IMG/VR virus record: IMGVR_UViG_3300032018_000004
Coordinates: 1-64,000 of that record
Reading direction: 5' to 3' (one strand)
Source of the DNA: a virus
DNA length: 64,000 bases
A program made the position numbers and the translations under genes. The notes beneath the pieces are model-generated. The model did not search any database. It was not told the DNA's origin and was given only the letters and a program-made list of their open reading frames with translations. Shown here piece by piece: positions 48,327 to 57,816 of the stretch (positions within the stretch are counted from its first letter, which is position 1; every line of letters starts with the position of its first letter).

Positions 48327-48429
48327 GTTTAGAGTTTGTCTGGTGGGAGCGCCCAAGCTGGCGGCGGTGATGTCTAGTCAACATTGCGATGAAGTGTGAC
48401 AGCTTCTACTCCAACCTGACAATTTGTTT

Positions 48430-48471
48430 AATGCCGTTCTTGGAGAAATCTTTGGGCGGCATTTTTATTTT
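48430..48471 (+). terminator. Intrinsic terminator
   Basis: ATGCCGTTC...GGGCGGCAT then TTTTATTTT. Confidence 0.7.
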
Positions 48472-48489
48472 CAAAATTAGATTTTGTTG

Positions 48490-48518
48490 TTGATTTGAGG
48501 ATTAACATTTTGTATATT
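48490..48518 (+). promoter_or_regulatory. sigma70-type promoter
   Basis: TTGATT-N17-TATATT; shares ATTTTGTATA with 43654 and 44259 promoters. Confidence 0.65.
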
Positions 48519-48559
48519 GAATTATAGATTTTAGATTATTTGACGATAAGGAGAAGGAA

Positions 48560-48964
48560 ATGAAAAAGAAAATTGATCCAAACATTTACCCAATAATCGA
48601 ACAAGCAATCGACAAAGCGGCAGAAATTAGTTCCAAAATCAAACAACTCGAAAAAGAAATCGAGCCATTGAAGAAAGAGATTGAAAAATTCGTGAGGGAT
48701 AACTACACAGATAGGGAAATTCTGGTTGGTGTAACTCTTTCAGGTCAAAACGGAATTGATAAGATTGCAGGATCAGAAAAACGAGCAGACGCAAAACCTG
48801 ACGCTGTTTTTGAGTACCTGGATAAGAAAGGATTGGGAGATCGGTTCCTCGATTTGGTGAAGGTCCAAGTAAAATGTCTTGATGATCTCGTTGGTGCTGA
48901 GAAGTCTCATGAGTTCCGGCCAGTTATTGGGATTCAGATGCGCCAATCATTGAGTTTGAAATAA
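48560..48964 (+). CDS. Coiled-coil hypothetical protein
   Basis: RBS; heptad-like KIKQLEKEIEPLKKEI. Confidence 0.65.
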   Translation: MKKKIDPNIYPIIEQAIDKAAEISSKIKQLEKEIEPLKKEIEKFVRDNYTDREILVGVTLSGQNGIDKIAGSEKRADAKPDAVFEYLDKKGLGDRFLDLVKVQVKCLDDLVGAEKSHEFRPVIGIQMRQSLSLK

Positions 48965-48989
48965 CATAACTATTAAAAGGAGAAATAAA

Positions 48990-49592
48990 ATGAGAACTTT
49001 GGTTTTGACAGAAAAGGATTTTAAGAAAAGAGAAGATGGCTATAAAGAGTATAATGGGAATGAAGATTTTTCTAAATTTGAGGGGAATCTTGAGATTGAA
49101 ACTAGTGGATGTTTCTTCTTTAAGGAGATATTCGTATCAGGCCATTTATGGATTAAAGCCGGTGGTTCCATTAAAGCCGGTGGTTCCATTAAAGCCGGTG
49201 GTTCCATTGAAGCCGGTGGTTCCATTGAAGCCGGTGGTTCCATTGAAGCCGGTGATTCCATTAAAGCCGGTGATTCCATTAAAGCCGGTGATTCCATTAA
49301 AGCCGGTGATTACATTGAAGCCGCAAGAGGTGGGATTTGTTGTGGGCTGACGATAACCTGTAATGGAATTTTGAAATTTGCATTGAAATTATTCGCCGGG
49401 GTTTCCCCTCATTCTTGGAATTCAAATTGCAAAAATACCGTGACTTGCGGGAAGCTTGAAGGTAATGTTGTTTATGGAACAGTTGTTGAAACAGGGATTA
49501 AGGTAGAAAAAGAAACCATTAATATCGGAGGAAATGTTTATGAAGTCACGGAAGAATTGAAAAATGCTTTGGAAAATTTGAAGAAGATTTGA
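48990..49592 (+). CDS. Hexapeptide-repeat (I[KE]AG[GD]S) beta-helix-like protein
   Basis: AAGGAG RBS; nine full repeats plus a partial. Confidence 0.75.
   Translation: MRTLVLTEKDFKKREDGYKEYNGNEDFSKFEGNLEIETSGCFFFKEIFVSGHLWIKAGGSIKAGGSIKAGGSIEAGGSIEAGGSIEAGDSIKAGDSIKAGDSIKAGDYIEAARGGICCGLTITCNGILKFALKLFAGVSPHSWNSNCKNTVTCGKLEGNVVYGTVVETGIKVEKETINIGGNVYEVTEELKNALENLKKI
49152..49323 (+). repeat. 18-bp coding tandem repeat
   Basis: ATT(A/G)AAGCCGGTG(G/A)TTCC units. Confidence 0.95.
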
Positions 49593-49619
49593 AGTAACAT
49601 AACTACAAGGATGTGAATC

Positions 49620-49826
49620 ATGTTCAAACTCATAAACCAAAACGAAAATCATGACTTCTATTATGAACCAGAAGGACCACTCTTCAATATTGTCCCGAAA
49701 GGCGATCCGTGCGGATTCGGTGGATATAAATCATGCGTGACGGTTATGAAGAAGTTTGGGTATGATGCAAATTGGTCAAGAGAAATTGCAGCTAGGGAAA
49801 AATTCATGGGGATTAAGAAGAAATAA
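49620..49826 (+). CDS. Hypothetical protein
   Basis: Same-strand packing. Confidence 0.5.
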   Translation: MFKLINQNENHDFYYEPEGPLFNIVPKGDPCGFGGYKSCVTVMKKFGYDANWSREIAAREKFMGIKKK

Positions 49827-49971
49827 CTAGAGTAGGCAGAATTTAGAGGTATAGAGCCTCGTATTTGGACGATTGATGGGTAAGTAATAGGGAAGGATAT
49901 TAATCTCTGAAGTCGGCTAATTTGAGCGTGTATGATAGCTTAAATTTGATTTCCTTTAAAACATTAGGAAA

Positions 49972-50277
49972 ATGAGGCAAAACATGAGACTACTTGAAGA
50001 CGAATTCAATCGCCGTGGCTTTAGATATAAATTAATTTGCAAGAATTCTAAGGCTTTTTGCTATCAGATCAGTGATGGAAATGATCTAAGAGGATTTGAA
50101 GTTTTCAAGAAAAAGATTTCTAAACCAGCAACAACCGTTATGAATGGCGTTGAAATTAGTTTTGAAGAATGTGAACGATTTCCTGGGAATAATGATTTTG
50201 GTTCATGGGCTTGGAGTTATATCACATTGCCTTATGCTATGAAACGATTTGAATCAATTAAAATTGGGGAGAAATAA
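49972..50277 (+). CDS. Hypothetical phage protein
   Basis: FEVFK...ERFPGNNDFGSWAWSY motif. Confidence 0.7.
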   Translation: MRQNMRLLEDEFNRRGFRYKLICKNSKAFCYQISDGNDLRGFEVFKKKISKPATTVMNGVEISFEECERFPGNNDFGSWAWSYITLPYAMKRFESIKIGEK

Positions 50278-50445
50278 AATGAGTAAAATAAAATGTTGCG
50301 ATGATTGCGATCGTTTTTTGGAAGTAGAAAAAATAGGAGAAGAGGGTTTTTCTGAAGGAATATGCCAAAGATTTCCTCCTGTCTTGGTTTATGCAGACAC
50401 TCATCTTTATCCTGACGGATGGGAACAACCTATGGTTAGAGGGAA

Positions 50446-51846
50446 TTGCCGTTGTGGGGAATTTTTAGAGAAGGCGGCTGGGATTTGAAAATCTCCCTAA
50501 AAAGAATTGACCCAACATGCCTTCAAATACTTTCTGGATTAGATCAAATCAAGGAGTGTCTTTCCTATAAGTCTGAAATATGGGTTAAGGGTCCGTTCAA
50601 AAAACACAAGAAAATCATAACTAAAGATTTTGTATACGGAAAGAAAGAAAAATTCGTATATGCAGGATTTGAAAATAGAATTTCAGATTATGCAAAGAGA
50701 AGAGATATTGAATTTGAAGTGATTGGGGAAAGAGAAATCCTGACTCCGGTAAGGAAGCCGGAATTGGAGGGGATAACTCTAAGAGACTACCAATTACAGG
50801 CTGTAGAAGAAGCATTTAGACATCAGCAAGGGATCATACAAGCCGGGACGGGCACAGGCAAGAGCTATATGGCGATGGCAATTTGTTCCCGTCTTAAAAA
50901 TCCAAGCGTTCTTTTTCTTGTTCCGAATCTTGATCTTGCTACACAAATCACTAATGATTTCAAGAAGTTCGGATATGATGTTTCTAAGTTGGGTGGTGGA
51001 GAAAAAGAAATCAAACATCATATTGTTGTTTCTACCATCCAAACATATTCCAGATTAAATTTAGTAGAATTATCTTGCAATTATGATTTAGTAATTGTGG
51101 ATGAAGTTCATCTTGCTTCTGCGAAGAACGCGACCCTAGAAAAAATACTAAGCACATGCCTTGCTCCAATGAGGATTGCTTTTTCCGCAACCGTTCCAAA
51201 AGAGAATGAAAGGAAACTTGTGCTGGAGGGGTTGTTTGGTCCGATTATATTTGATATGGGTATTAAAAAAGGAATTGAAATGGATATATTAGCAACCCCA
51301 ACCTTAAAGTTGTTAAGAATCCCAATTAGCAAATCTATAGATGAAAAAATAAGTCAAGAGAAAACTTACAAAGCTGCCTATAAATACGGGATTGTTGAGA
51401 ATGATTCTCGGAATAGAATTATTGCTAGCACAGCGAAGTTGTTGACAGATGAGGGGAAGATTTGTATAATTTATGTGAATGAAATAGAACACTTAAATAG
51501 AATCTCCAGAGAATTGGACAAGTTGGGGGTTATTCATAAAAAAGTTCAGGGTGTTTTAGAGGGAAGTGATAGAGAAACAATTATCTCTAATTTTAAATCT
51601 AGGAGATTGAAGTGTGTTGTGGCAACCATATGGAAAGAAGGGACTGATATTCCAGTATTGGATGTGGTAATGTTGGCCGGTGGAGGAAAAGCCGAAAGAA
51701 CTCAATTGCAAATATTTGGTCGTGGATTCAGGAAGGCAGAAGGGAAGGATGGGGTTTTGATTTACGATTGTGTTGACTGTTATAAATATCTGGCTGTTCA
51801 TTTTGCAATTAGGATCAATTTATATTTGGAACTAGGTTGGATTTAG
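50446..51846 (+). CDS. Superfamily 2 DEAD/H helicase (true start probably ~10 codons in)
   Basis: LRDYQ, GTGTGKS, IVDEVH, FSAT, EGTDIP, QIFGRGFR. Confidence 0.93.
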   Translation: MPLWGIFREGGWDLKISLKRIDPTCLQILSGLDQIKECLSYKSEIWVKGPFKKHKKIITKDFVYGKKEKFVYAGFENRISDYAKRRDIEFEVIGEREILTPVRKPELEGITLRDYQLQAVEEAFRHQQGIIQAGTGTGKSYMAMAICSRLKNPSVLFLVPNLDLATQITNDFKKFGYDVSKLGGGEKEIKHHIVVSTIQTYSRLNLVELSCNYDLVIVDEVHLASAKNATLEKILSTCLAPMRIAFSATVPKENERKLVLEGLFGPIIFDMGIKKGIEMDILATPTLKLLRIPISKSIDEKISQEKTYKAAYKYGIVENDSRNRIIASTAKLLTDEGKICIIYVNEIEHLNRISRELDKLGVIHKKVQGVLEGSDRETIISNFKSRRLKCVVATIWKEGTDIPVLDVVMLAGGGKAERTQLQIFGRGFRKAEGKDGVLIYDCVDCYKYLAVHFAIRINLYLELGWI

Positions 51847-52293
51847 AGTTGACAACCGGAAAGATATTTAGTTCGATATCTAAAGAGAAGAAATATGGAA
51901 CAACCAAAATTGACCAAGAAAGAGTGGGAGCAGTTGCTTGAGTATGTTGAAAGGGCCAATGGGTGGTATTATCCTGATTTGAGAGGTGGGTTCTGGACTC
52001 GCCACCACAGAATTCTTGATTTTGTAACCCGTATGACAAAGGGAGAATAAATGAATAAAAATCAGTGGGATGAAATTAAAGTAGCTCTCAACAAGGGAGG
52101 AGAAAAATTATGATGACTGAAGAGGAAAAAGAATTGTACGATAGTTTTAGGGAAGAGGTAGAAAAATGTTATGAAGTTGCAAATTCTTTATGCCAGATAA
52201 ATCCAGAAATTTATGGGACTTGGGTTGGTTCCCCAAGTGAAAGAATAAAGGCACAACTTAAATTTATGAACATTCTTAAATAGAGGAGTAAAC

Positions 52294-52485
52294 ATGCCAG
52301 TTTGGGACATCTACACCTACACAATGCTAGTCTACACAATTTTCGGGTTCTTATGGGGAATGAAGCTTGTACCATTGGCAAAAACACAAGGGCAAAGATG
52401 GATAACATTAGGAGTTGGAGGACCGCTAATTTGGATTTTGTTTATGTATTACTTGACACGTGTGGTGATATTTGATAAGAAGTAG
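52294..52485 (+). CDS. Small membrane protein
   Basis: GAGGAG RBS; two hydrophobic segments. Confidence 0.55.
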   Translation: MPVWDIYTYTMLVYTIFGFLWGMKLVPLAKTQGQRWITLGVGGPLIWILFMYYLTRVVIFDKK

Positions 52486-52495
52486 GTAAGAGTTT

Positions 52496-52603
52496 GAGAT
52501 TGGTAATGCAACGGAGCATCTTTGTGTACACACTGGCTATGGCAGATAAACGAATGCGTTGATTTCTGCGAAAGTTTGCAGGTTCGAGTCCTGCCCAATC
52601 TCA
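52496..52603 (+). ncRNA. tRNA-like RNA with 8-bp acceptor stem and enlarged anticodon arm
   Basis: GAGATTGG/CCAATCTC acceptor, ATGC-AACGGA-GCAT D-arm, GCAGG-TTCGAGT-CCTGC T-arm; TTGACA upstream at 52453. Confidence 0.65.
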
Positions 52604-52629
52604 ATTTTAATTAAACGAGGGTAATTGTA

Positions 52630-53055
52630 ATGAAATTTTATGATTCAAATGGGGTTTTAGATAAATTAAAAACTTCAATTTTCAATAAAACTTCGACAAA
52701 TAAAGAATGCTCGGGTTTGATTTTTTATGATAACGATGGGAACCAATTCGCCCCATTTGATGTAGAAAAAAGAATGAAGAAACTTGAAAGCAAAATATTG
52801 AATGAGGAAATAAAAATGAAAAAGATTATTTTGAACGGCAGTACAGACGAGGTTCATATTAAAGATGTTGATGTGAATAGGCCGATTTTTGTGAAGAAGG
52901 ATGGGCGATTGATTGGAATTGTATGTAAGGAAATTCATACCACTCATTGTGGAATTTATAATGGGAGGAGCAATGCTTGTTCTTCTCACTATAATCTTCA
53001 TGATCTTATTCAGAACTATTCACAGTATGGCTATACCTTTCATGTGGAGGACTGA
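52630..53055 (+). CDS. Hypothetical protein
   Basis: GAGG RBS. Confidence 0.55.
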   Translation: MKFYDSNGVLDKLKTSIFNKTSTNKECSGLIFYDNDGNQFAPFDVEKRMKKLESKILNEEIKMKKIILNGSTDEVHIKDVDVNRPIFVKKDGRLIGIVCKEIHTTHCGIYNGRSNACSSHYNLHDLIQNYSQYGYTFHVED

Positions 53056-53057
53056 AA

Positions 53058-53324
53058 ATGGAAACACTATTTATTGCAGCGATCATTGCACTACTACCGG
53101 CGTATATCGCACAATCTAAGGGATATGTCGCGTGGAAATGGTATTTGTACGGCTTCCTTCTCTGGATTATCGCCTTTCCCCATTCATTATTTCTGAAGAG
53201 GAATCTTGAAGTCATGGCGGAAGAAGATGGGTTGGTGAAATGCCCGTATTGCGCTGAGTTCGTCAAGAAGGAGGCAATCAAGTGCAGGCATTGTCAGAGT
53301 GATTTGGTGGAGAAGGTGGCGTGA
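53058..53324 (+). CDS. Membrane protein with C-terminal zinc ribbon
   Basis: IAQSKG...W..YG TM segments; KCPYCAE...AIKCRHC. Confidence 0.85.
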   Translation: METLFIAAIIALLPAYIAQSKGYVAWKWYLYGFLLWIIAFPHSLFLKRNLEVMAEEDGLVKCPYCAEFVKKEAIKCRHCQSDLVEKVA

Positions 53325-53539
53325 TGGAAGACAATTTTCGAGAAAGAATATTTTCGGGTTGGGTTGAAAAGTACAGGGATAAATTCAATGACGCAACTAT
53401 ATTTGGAATTCCAATCTCCGAATTGAATGAAGACGAGCTGAGAGCGTCAATTTGTTTTCAAATGGATGATGGAAAGCAGAAAGCAGAAAGCAAAAGTAGA
53501 GAACGCGAAATGTGGAAATTATTTAATAGGAGAAAATAG
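53321..53539 (+). CDS. Hypothetical protein
   Basis: Coupled to upstream gene. Confidence 0.55.
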   Translation: MMEDNFRERIFSGWVEKYRDKFNDATIFGIPISELNEDELRASICFQMDDGKQKAESKSREREMWKLFNRRK

Positions 53540-53540
53540 G

Positions 53541-53846
53541 ATGAGCAATTTTTGGAATTGTAATAGAGAAATTGTGATTAAGCATGTTGTAGATATGGAA
53601 TCACTAGAAAGGAAAATCAAAAGTATCGAAACTCGACTTCTGCAACTTGAATGCAGTCATCCAGAAGTCGAGTTTTATAGAGAGAGAAATGAGTATAATT
53701 GGAGTATTTTCCACTTTTATAAAAAATGCAAGAGATGTGATAAGGTTTTGATGTCAACTAATTATGAGAAGGAATGGCTGGTTGAGAAAGCAGGAGATTT
53801 AGAAAAGAAGCAGAATGCTATCATGAATCAAATTAACGGGATGTAA
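53541..53846 (+). CDS. Hypothetical protein (start re-assigned to ATG 53541)
   Basis: AGGA RBS; CSH...CKRC. Confidence 0.55.
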   Translation: MSNFWNCNREIVIKHVVDMESLERKIKSIETRLLQLECSHPEVEFYRERNEYNWSIFHFYKKCKRCDKVLMSTNYEKEWLVEKAGDLEKKQNAIMNQINGM

Positions 53847-53847
53847 A

Positions 53848-54798
53848 ATGGTAGAAGATTACGAATTCCATACTGAAATTAATGAATTGAAAAGCAGAAT
53901 CGAGAGTCTTGAGTATAAAGTCGAAGATTTGCAGAGAGATATCTTAAACAGGCAAGAAGAACCAATAGCAGATTTAACACAACCAACACCAGATTTAACA
54001 CAACTAACACCTAAATTGAATAGAAAGATAAAACCACTTGCCACAAAGAAACCTAAACCCGTTGCCAAAGTTCCAGAAGATGTTCAAAAGATAATCAATT
54101 TCTGGAACAGTCTTGGATTGCGGCAGCACTCTAACCCAAATGCCAAAATTTATCTTGAAATTGTTAAGATGCTAAAAAAGTTGATGAATGCAAAATTCTT
54201 TGAATCAACTTCGCCATATGCAAAATATGCCGGAACTGAATTCACACCAAAACAAATTATGGATTCAATTCACCAATTCTCATTTGCTGCTCTTAATTTT
54301 AATTACAAACCACAAGGATCATTTAAGGAAACTCTAAAGAAGACAAGCCTCCAGGATTTTTTATATAATAATAGGATTGACAAATCCTTCTTTATTGAGT
54401 ACCATGAAAATGAAGCTAAGTTATTGGCTGAATCAGATAAGATGGTTGATGATCCCGATCCAGAACAAACCATGATTCTGAAAGATGTTTGGGTGAAACA
54501 AATTTTGAAGGATATTGCTCCCAATTCATGGTCAACATTCCAGGAGCGTGATTTCAGGAAATGCTCAAAAGAAATTGGTGTTTGGTTCGGTAATAATGGA
54601 AAGAAGATCGGGAATTATTGGAACGTGAATGGCGATACGGTCATGCACAAGAGGAAGAGGGCAGAACTTTTGATGAGTTGCTTGTTGAGTTCAGTGAATG
54701 AGGATGTTACAAAATTAACCGTTTCTCATTTAGCATATCCAAGCACATTTAATGAGAAATTTCCGAAGTACTTGAATCAACAGGGGGTTTTGGAATGA
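53848..54798 (+). CDS. Probable replication-associated protein
   Basis: IINFWN motif as in phage initiator C-terminal domains; internal 21-bp direct repeat; replication region. Confidence 0.45.
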   Translation: MVEDYEFHTEINELKSRIESLEYKVEDLQRDILNRQEEPIADLTQPTPDLTQLTPKLNRKIKPLATKKPKPVAKVPEDVQKIINFWNSLGLRQHSNPNAKIYLEIVKMLKKLMNAKFFESTSPYAKYAGTEFTPKQIMDSIHQFSFAALNFNYKPQGSFKETLKKTSLQDFLYNNRIDKSFFIEYHENEAKLLAESDKMVDDPDPEQTMILKDVWVKQILKDIAPNSWSTFQERDFRKCSKEIGVWFGNNGKKIGNYWNVNGDTVMHKRKRAELLMSCLLSSVNEDVTKLTVSHLAYPSTFNEKFPKYLNQQGVLE

Positions 54799-54995
54799 TT
54801 GAGAAAAAATGTCATGCTGTTTTATATCATGGGCCAGGGCACCAAAGCAGCACAAAATGCCAAATAACTGGACCTCATTCAATACATAGGGCAGAGTATG
54901 GAGGCTATAGACAGGTGGCGTATTGGATCGGTGATGAAAAATTTACTGGGTATTTTGATGAGCCACCAACAGAGCCAGAATGGGATTATGAATAG
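54795..54995 (+). CDS. Hypothetical protein
   Basis: Coupled start; His/Cys motif. Confidence 0.55.
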   Translation: MIEKKCHAVLYHGPGHQSSTKCQITGPHSIHRAEYGGYRQVAYWIGDEKFTGYFDEPPTEPEWDYE

Positions 54996-55488
54996 CCCTC
55001 AAGGAACAAGATAGAGATACCCGCCATGCTTGTGCGGAAGCGGTTATTGGACTATCAGAGCGTCAATTTGGTGGTGAGATAAATAAAAGTGAAGCACACG
55101 CTGCATGTATGAATGCGATTGCTTTATAAAGGAGAGGGTATTATGTTCATCATGAAGTAATTAATGATTTGGTTTTAGAAGCAATTAAGAAAAGTAAACC
55201 TATTTTCACAAGCATTCAAGGTACTTATTGTAGGTGAAAAATATGAAAAGTAGAACTAAATGGCTGACATTTCTAACTGCACTTTGGTTTGTGATAATAA
55301 TGACTCTTTTGTGGTTGGCTAAATAGGAGGGGAACATGCCTATAGATATATTTGTAGAGAAAATTGTTCTATCATTAGTATTTTGTGGGTTTGGTATATA
55401 TTGTTTGCATTTGACCAGGGGCAATAATGGGATGTGGCAAACAATATTAAGGCTTGCAATTATATGGTTTTCCTAAATAGGAGAAAAA

Positions 55489-55698
55489 ATGGAGATTAGT
55501 AAAGAATGCATTGAAAACTTAATTAATGGGGCAGCGCTGAACGGGCCTGGAATATTAAGCCATTATGAAGCAAGCTTAATTTTTAAGATTGCACTAGAAA
55601 GAATATCGCCCGACAAAAATATAGGTGAATTGGCTATTGAAATCTTGAGGGAGTTATTTCCGGCCACAAGACCAATAGGAATATTGAATAATGACTAG
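55489..55698 (+). CDS. Hypothetical protein
   Basis: AGGAG RBS. Confidence 0.5.
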   Translation: MEISKECIENLINGAALNGPGILSHYEASLIFKIALERISPDKNIGELAIEILRELFPATRPIGILNND

Positions 55699-56245
55699 CC
55701 AAAATCAAAAATCTCTCTGGCTCTTTGGAATCGCTTTCTACATTCTAATTGCAATTGGATTCATGCAAGCAGAGAAGAAGGCCGATAAGCTCCAAGAGCA
55801 AGTAGATACACTAACAAATGAACTAAGTGGGAATTATAACCTTGACTTTTACTGGACAGATAATGTAAAATTATCAGCACCAGAAGAACATATCCTCGCT
55901 AAGAACATTTATTACGAATCTGGGGTTGAAGGATATGATGGAAAGCTTGCTGTTGCCCAGGTGACATTAAACAGACTAGAATCTGGAAAATGGGGGAATA
56001 CGATAAAGGAAGTCGTGTATTCCCCAAACCAGTTTTCCTGGACATTGAAGAAGAAACAGGAAGAGCCGAATGGGGTGTTGTGGGAAGAGAGTAAGCGTGT
56101 TGCTAGAGACTTCAATAGGGGATTAAGGATTAAGGAATTGGATTCAGCAACATCATATCATTCTGATTCGGTTAAGCCTGGGTGGGCTGTTTATGGTGAG
56201 CCAATCATTAAGATTGGAAAGCACATTTTTTATAGACAGTCATAA
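55691..56245 (+). CDS. Cell wall hydrolase (SleB/Hydrolase_2) with N-terminal TM
   Basis: LAKNIYYES, AVAQVTLNR, QFSW, IGKHIFY. Confidence 0.92.
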   Translation: MTSQNQKSLWLFGIAFYILIAIGFMQAEKKADKLQEQVDTLTNELSGNYNLDFYWTDNVKLSAPEEHILAKNIYYESGVEGYDGKLAVAQVTLNRLESGKWGNTIKEVVYSPNQFSWTLKKKQEEPNGVLWEESKRVARDFNRGLRIKELDSATSYHSDSVKPGWAVYGEPIIKIGKHIFYRQS

Positions 56246-56246
56246 A

Positions 56247-57365
56247 TTATCGAAATAATTCACTTTCTTTGTTAGAGGAACTATAAATGCCTCTATTGTG
56301 GATATTAATAGCGCCGTTTGACTTATCAACTACGCCACATGAAGAACAGGTTTGGCTTGTATATGCTGGATCAACGGAGAGAAGATAGAAACCTTCTTCT
56401 TCAGACCGTAATGCCAGTTTAGCCAGAACCTGCTTGTAAGACCAATATTGAAGTCTGTTTTTAAATTTAGTATTTAGTTTCGATTTGTATTTTACATTCT
56501 TAAGGTCTTCAACCACTACGAGATTATACGACCCAAGGTCGATGTTGTTTACAATTTGGTTAGTGAGATTTTTCTTGTGGATTAGTAGCTGTTTATAGTT
56601 CTTAGAGCCTCGTTTTTTGTCGGCAAGTTTTGCATAAATCTGTTTTAATTCCTCACCATAGTGAAAGCCATTTGAATCAGAAATTAACTTATTATAGCCG
56701 CAATCCAACCCGATTGATTTGCCATGTTGTTTTACTTGTGCTTGTTCTTTCTCATAGAAAAATGTGACGTAGAAATTTCCATTGATTTTAGATAATTGAA
56801 TAGTATTTTTTCGAGTCCAATCTTTAAATTTCAAACTATTCTTGTGCTGTTTAATTGGGACATTAATTGTTTGGTATAGGCGCTTATCTTTCTTATACGG
56901 AGTAGTTATCCTAATAAATGAGTCAAATGAACTGCTTTCCTTAATGTTCCATAAATGATATCCTAAATTTATTGAAATAGTTTTTACGTCAATTTTAATA
57001 CGTTTCAAATAATTAATGTTTAGTTCTGAATATTTCTTATTTAAAAACGATTGATGGATATCCTTTATCTTACACTTGGTATAAAGTTTCTGATATCGCT
57101 TGAATGTTTTGTTTTTTGTGTATTTTAGATTTGAGCGGATTATTTCAGAAGCTGTTTTATAGGATAACTCTTTCCACGAACTATATTCAAAAACATCATT
57201 ATGGAGATCTTTGCATGACATTAACTTCTTGAGTGGCAACTCGCCTTTGACGATGAGATCGATATACAAAATTACACACTGCTTAAAGTCCTCATGAATC
57301 TTTTCGAGGAGGGCAAGTTTGCGTTTATTTGCGAATTTAAGAGTATGTTTAGATGATCTTATCAT
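56247..57365 (-). CDS. tnpB: TnpB/Cas12f-like RNA-guided nuclease homologue lacking RuvC-III; no transposase adjacent
   Basis: IGLDCG (RuvC-I), VVEDLK (RuvC-II), VDPAYTSQTCSSCG, then directly NGAINI with no second CxxC or D-x-D. Confidence 0.85.
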   Translation of the reverse strand: MIRSSKHTLKFANKRKLALLEKIHEDFKQCVILYIDLIVKGELPLKKLMSCKDLHNDVFEYSSWKELSYKTASEIIRSNLKYTKNKTFKRYQKLYTKCKIKDIHQSFLNKKYSELNINYLKRIKIDVKTISINLGYHLWNIKESSSFDSFIRITTPYKKDKRLYQTINVPIKQHKNSLKFKDWTRKNTIQLSKINGNFYVTFFYEKEQAQVKQHGKSIGLDCGYNKLISDSNGFHYGEELKQIYAKLADKKRGSKNYKQLLIHKKNLTNQIVNNIDLGSYNLVVVEDLKNVKYKSKLNTKFKNRLQYWSYKQVLAKLALRSEEEGFYLLSVDPAYTSQTCSSCGVVDKSNGAINIHNRGIYSSSNKESELFR

Positions 57366-57372
57366 AATTATG

Positions 57373-57401
57373 TTGACTTTGGTTGAATTAATTATTATAG
57401 T
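57373..57401 (+). promoter_or_regulatory. sigma70-type promoter for downstream plus-strand genes
   Basis: TTGACT-N17-TATAGT. Confidence 0.6.
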
Positions 57402-57404
57402 ATC

Positions 57405-57432
57405 TTATCGGCATAATTAACTAAAAACTTTA
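57405..57432 (-). promoter_or_regulatory. sigma28-type promoter facing tnpB-like gene
   Basis: TAAAGTTT-N12-GCCGATAA, ~40 bp upstream of ATG. Confidence 0.75.
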
Positions 57433-57816
57433 ATGAAATTAGAAAAGGAAATAACTATGGGCTTGTCGTGCTCGTGTCCAGATTGGGATGGTGATGGGTG
57501 GTATTACATTCCAGCCAGTGAAGATTTCACAAAACTAAATACTAAAACTCGCAAACGGTGTTGTTCCTGTAAAGAGTTAATTGATGTTGGGGCTGATAGT
57601 TTGAAATTCAAGCGTTGTCGTGGGCCAATTTCCGATGTTGAAGAGCGTATTTGTGGAGATGAGGTTAGAATTGCCCCTTGGTATATGTGTGAGAAGTGTG
57701 GTGAGCAATACATGAATTTGGAAGACTTGGGCTATTGTATTTATATTGGAGACAATATGTTCCAGTTGTTGGAAGAATATAAGGAAATGCAGAAATGGAG
57801 GAGTGAAAATGCTTAA
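57433..57816 (+). CDS. Cys-rich hypothetical phage protein
   Basis: RKRCCSCKELI...MCEKC. Confidence 0.7.
   Translation: MKLEKEITMGLSCSCPDWDGDGWYYIPASEDFTKLNTKTRKRCCSCKELIDVGADSLKFKRCRGPISDVEERICGDEVRIAPWYMCEKCGEQYMNLEDLGYCIYIGDNMFQLLEEYKEMQKWRSENA

Noticed and set aside
49152-49323. Regular repeats resembling a CRISPR array
   Set aside because: Contiguous 18-bp units with no unique spacers; they encode an in-frame hexapeptide repeat
56247-57365. Intact IS200/IS605 or IS607 element, or a Cas12f CRISPR locus
   Set aside because: No Y1 or serine transposase, no identifiable element ends, no CRISPR array in the window
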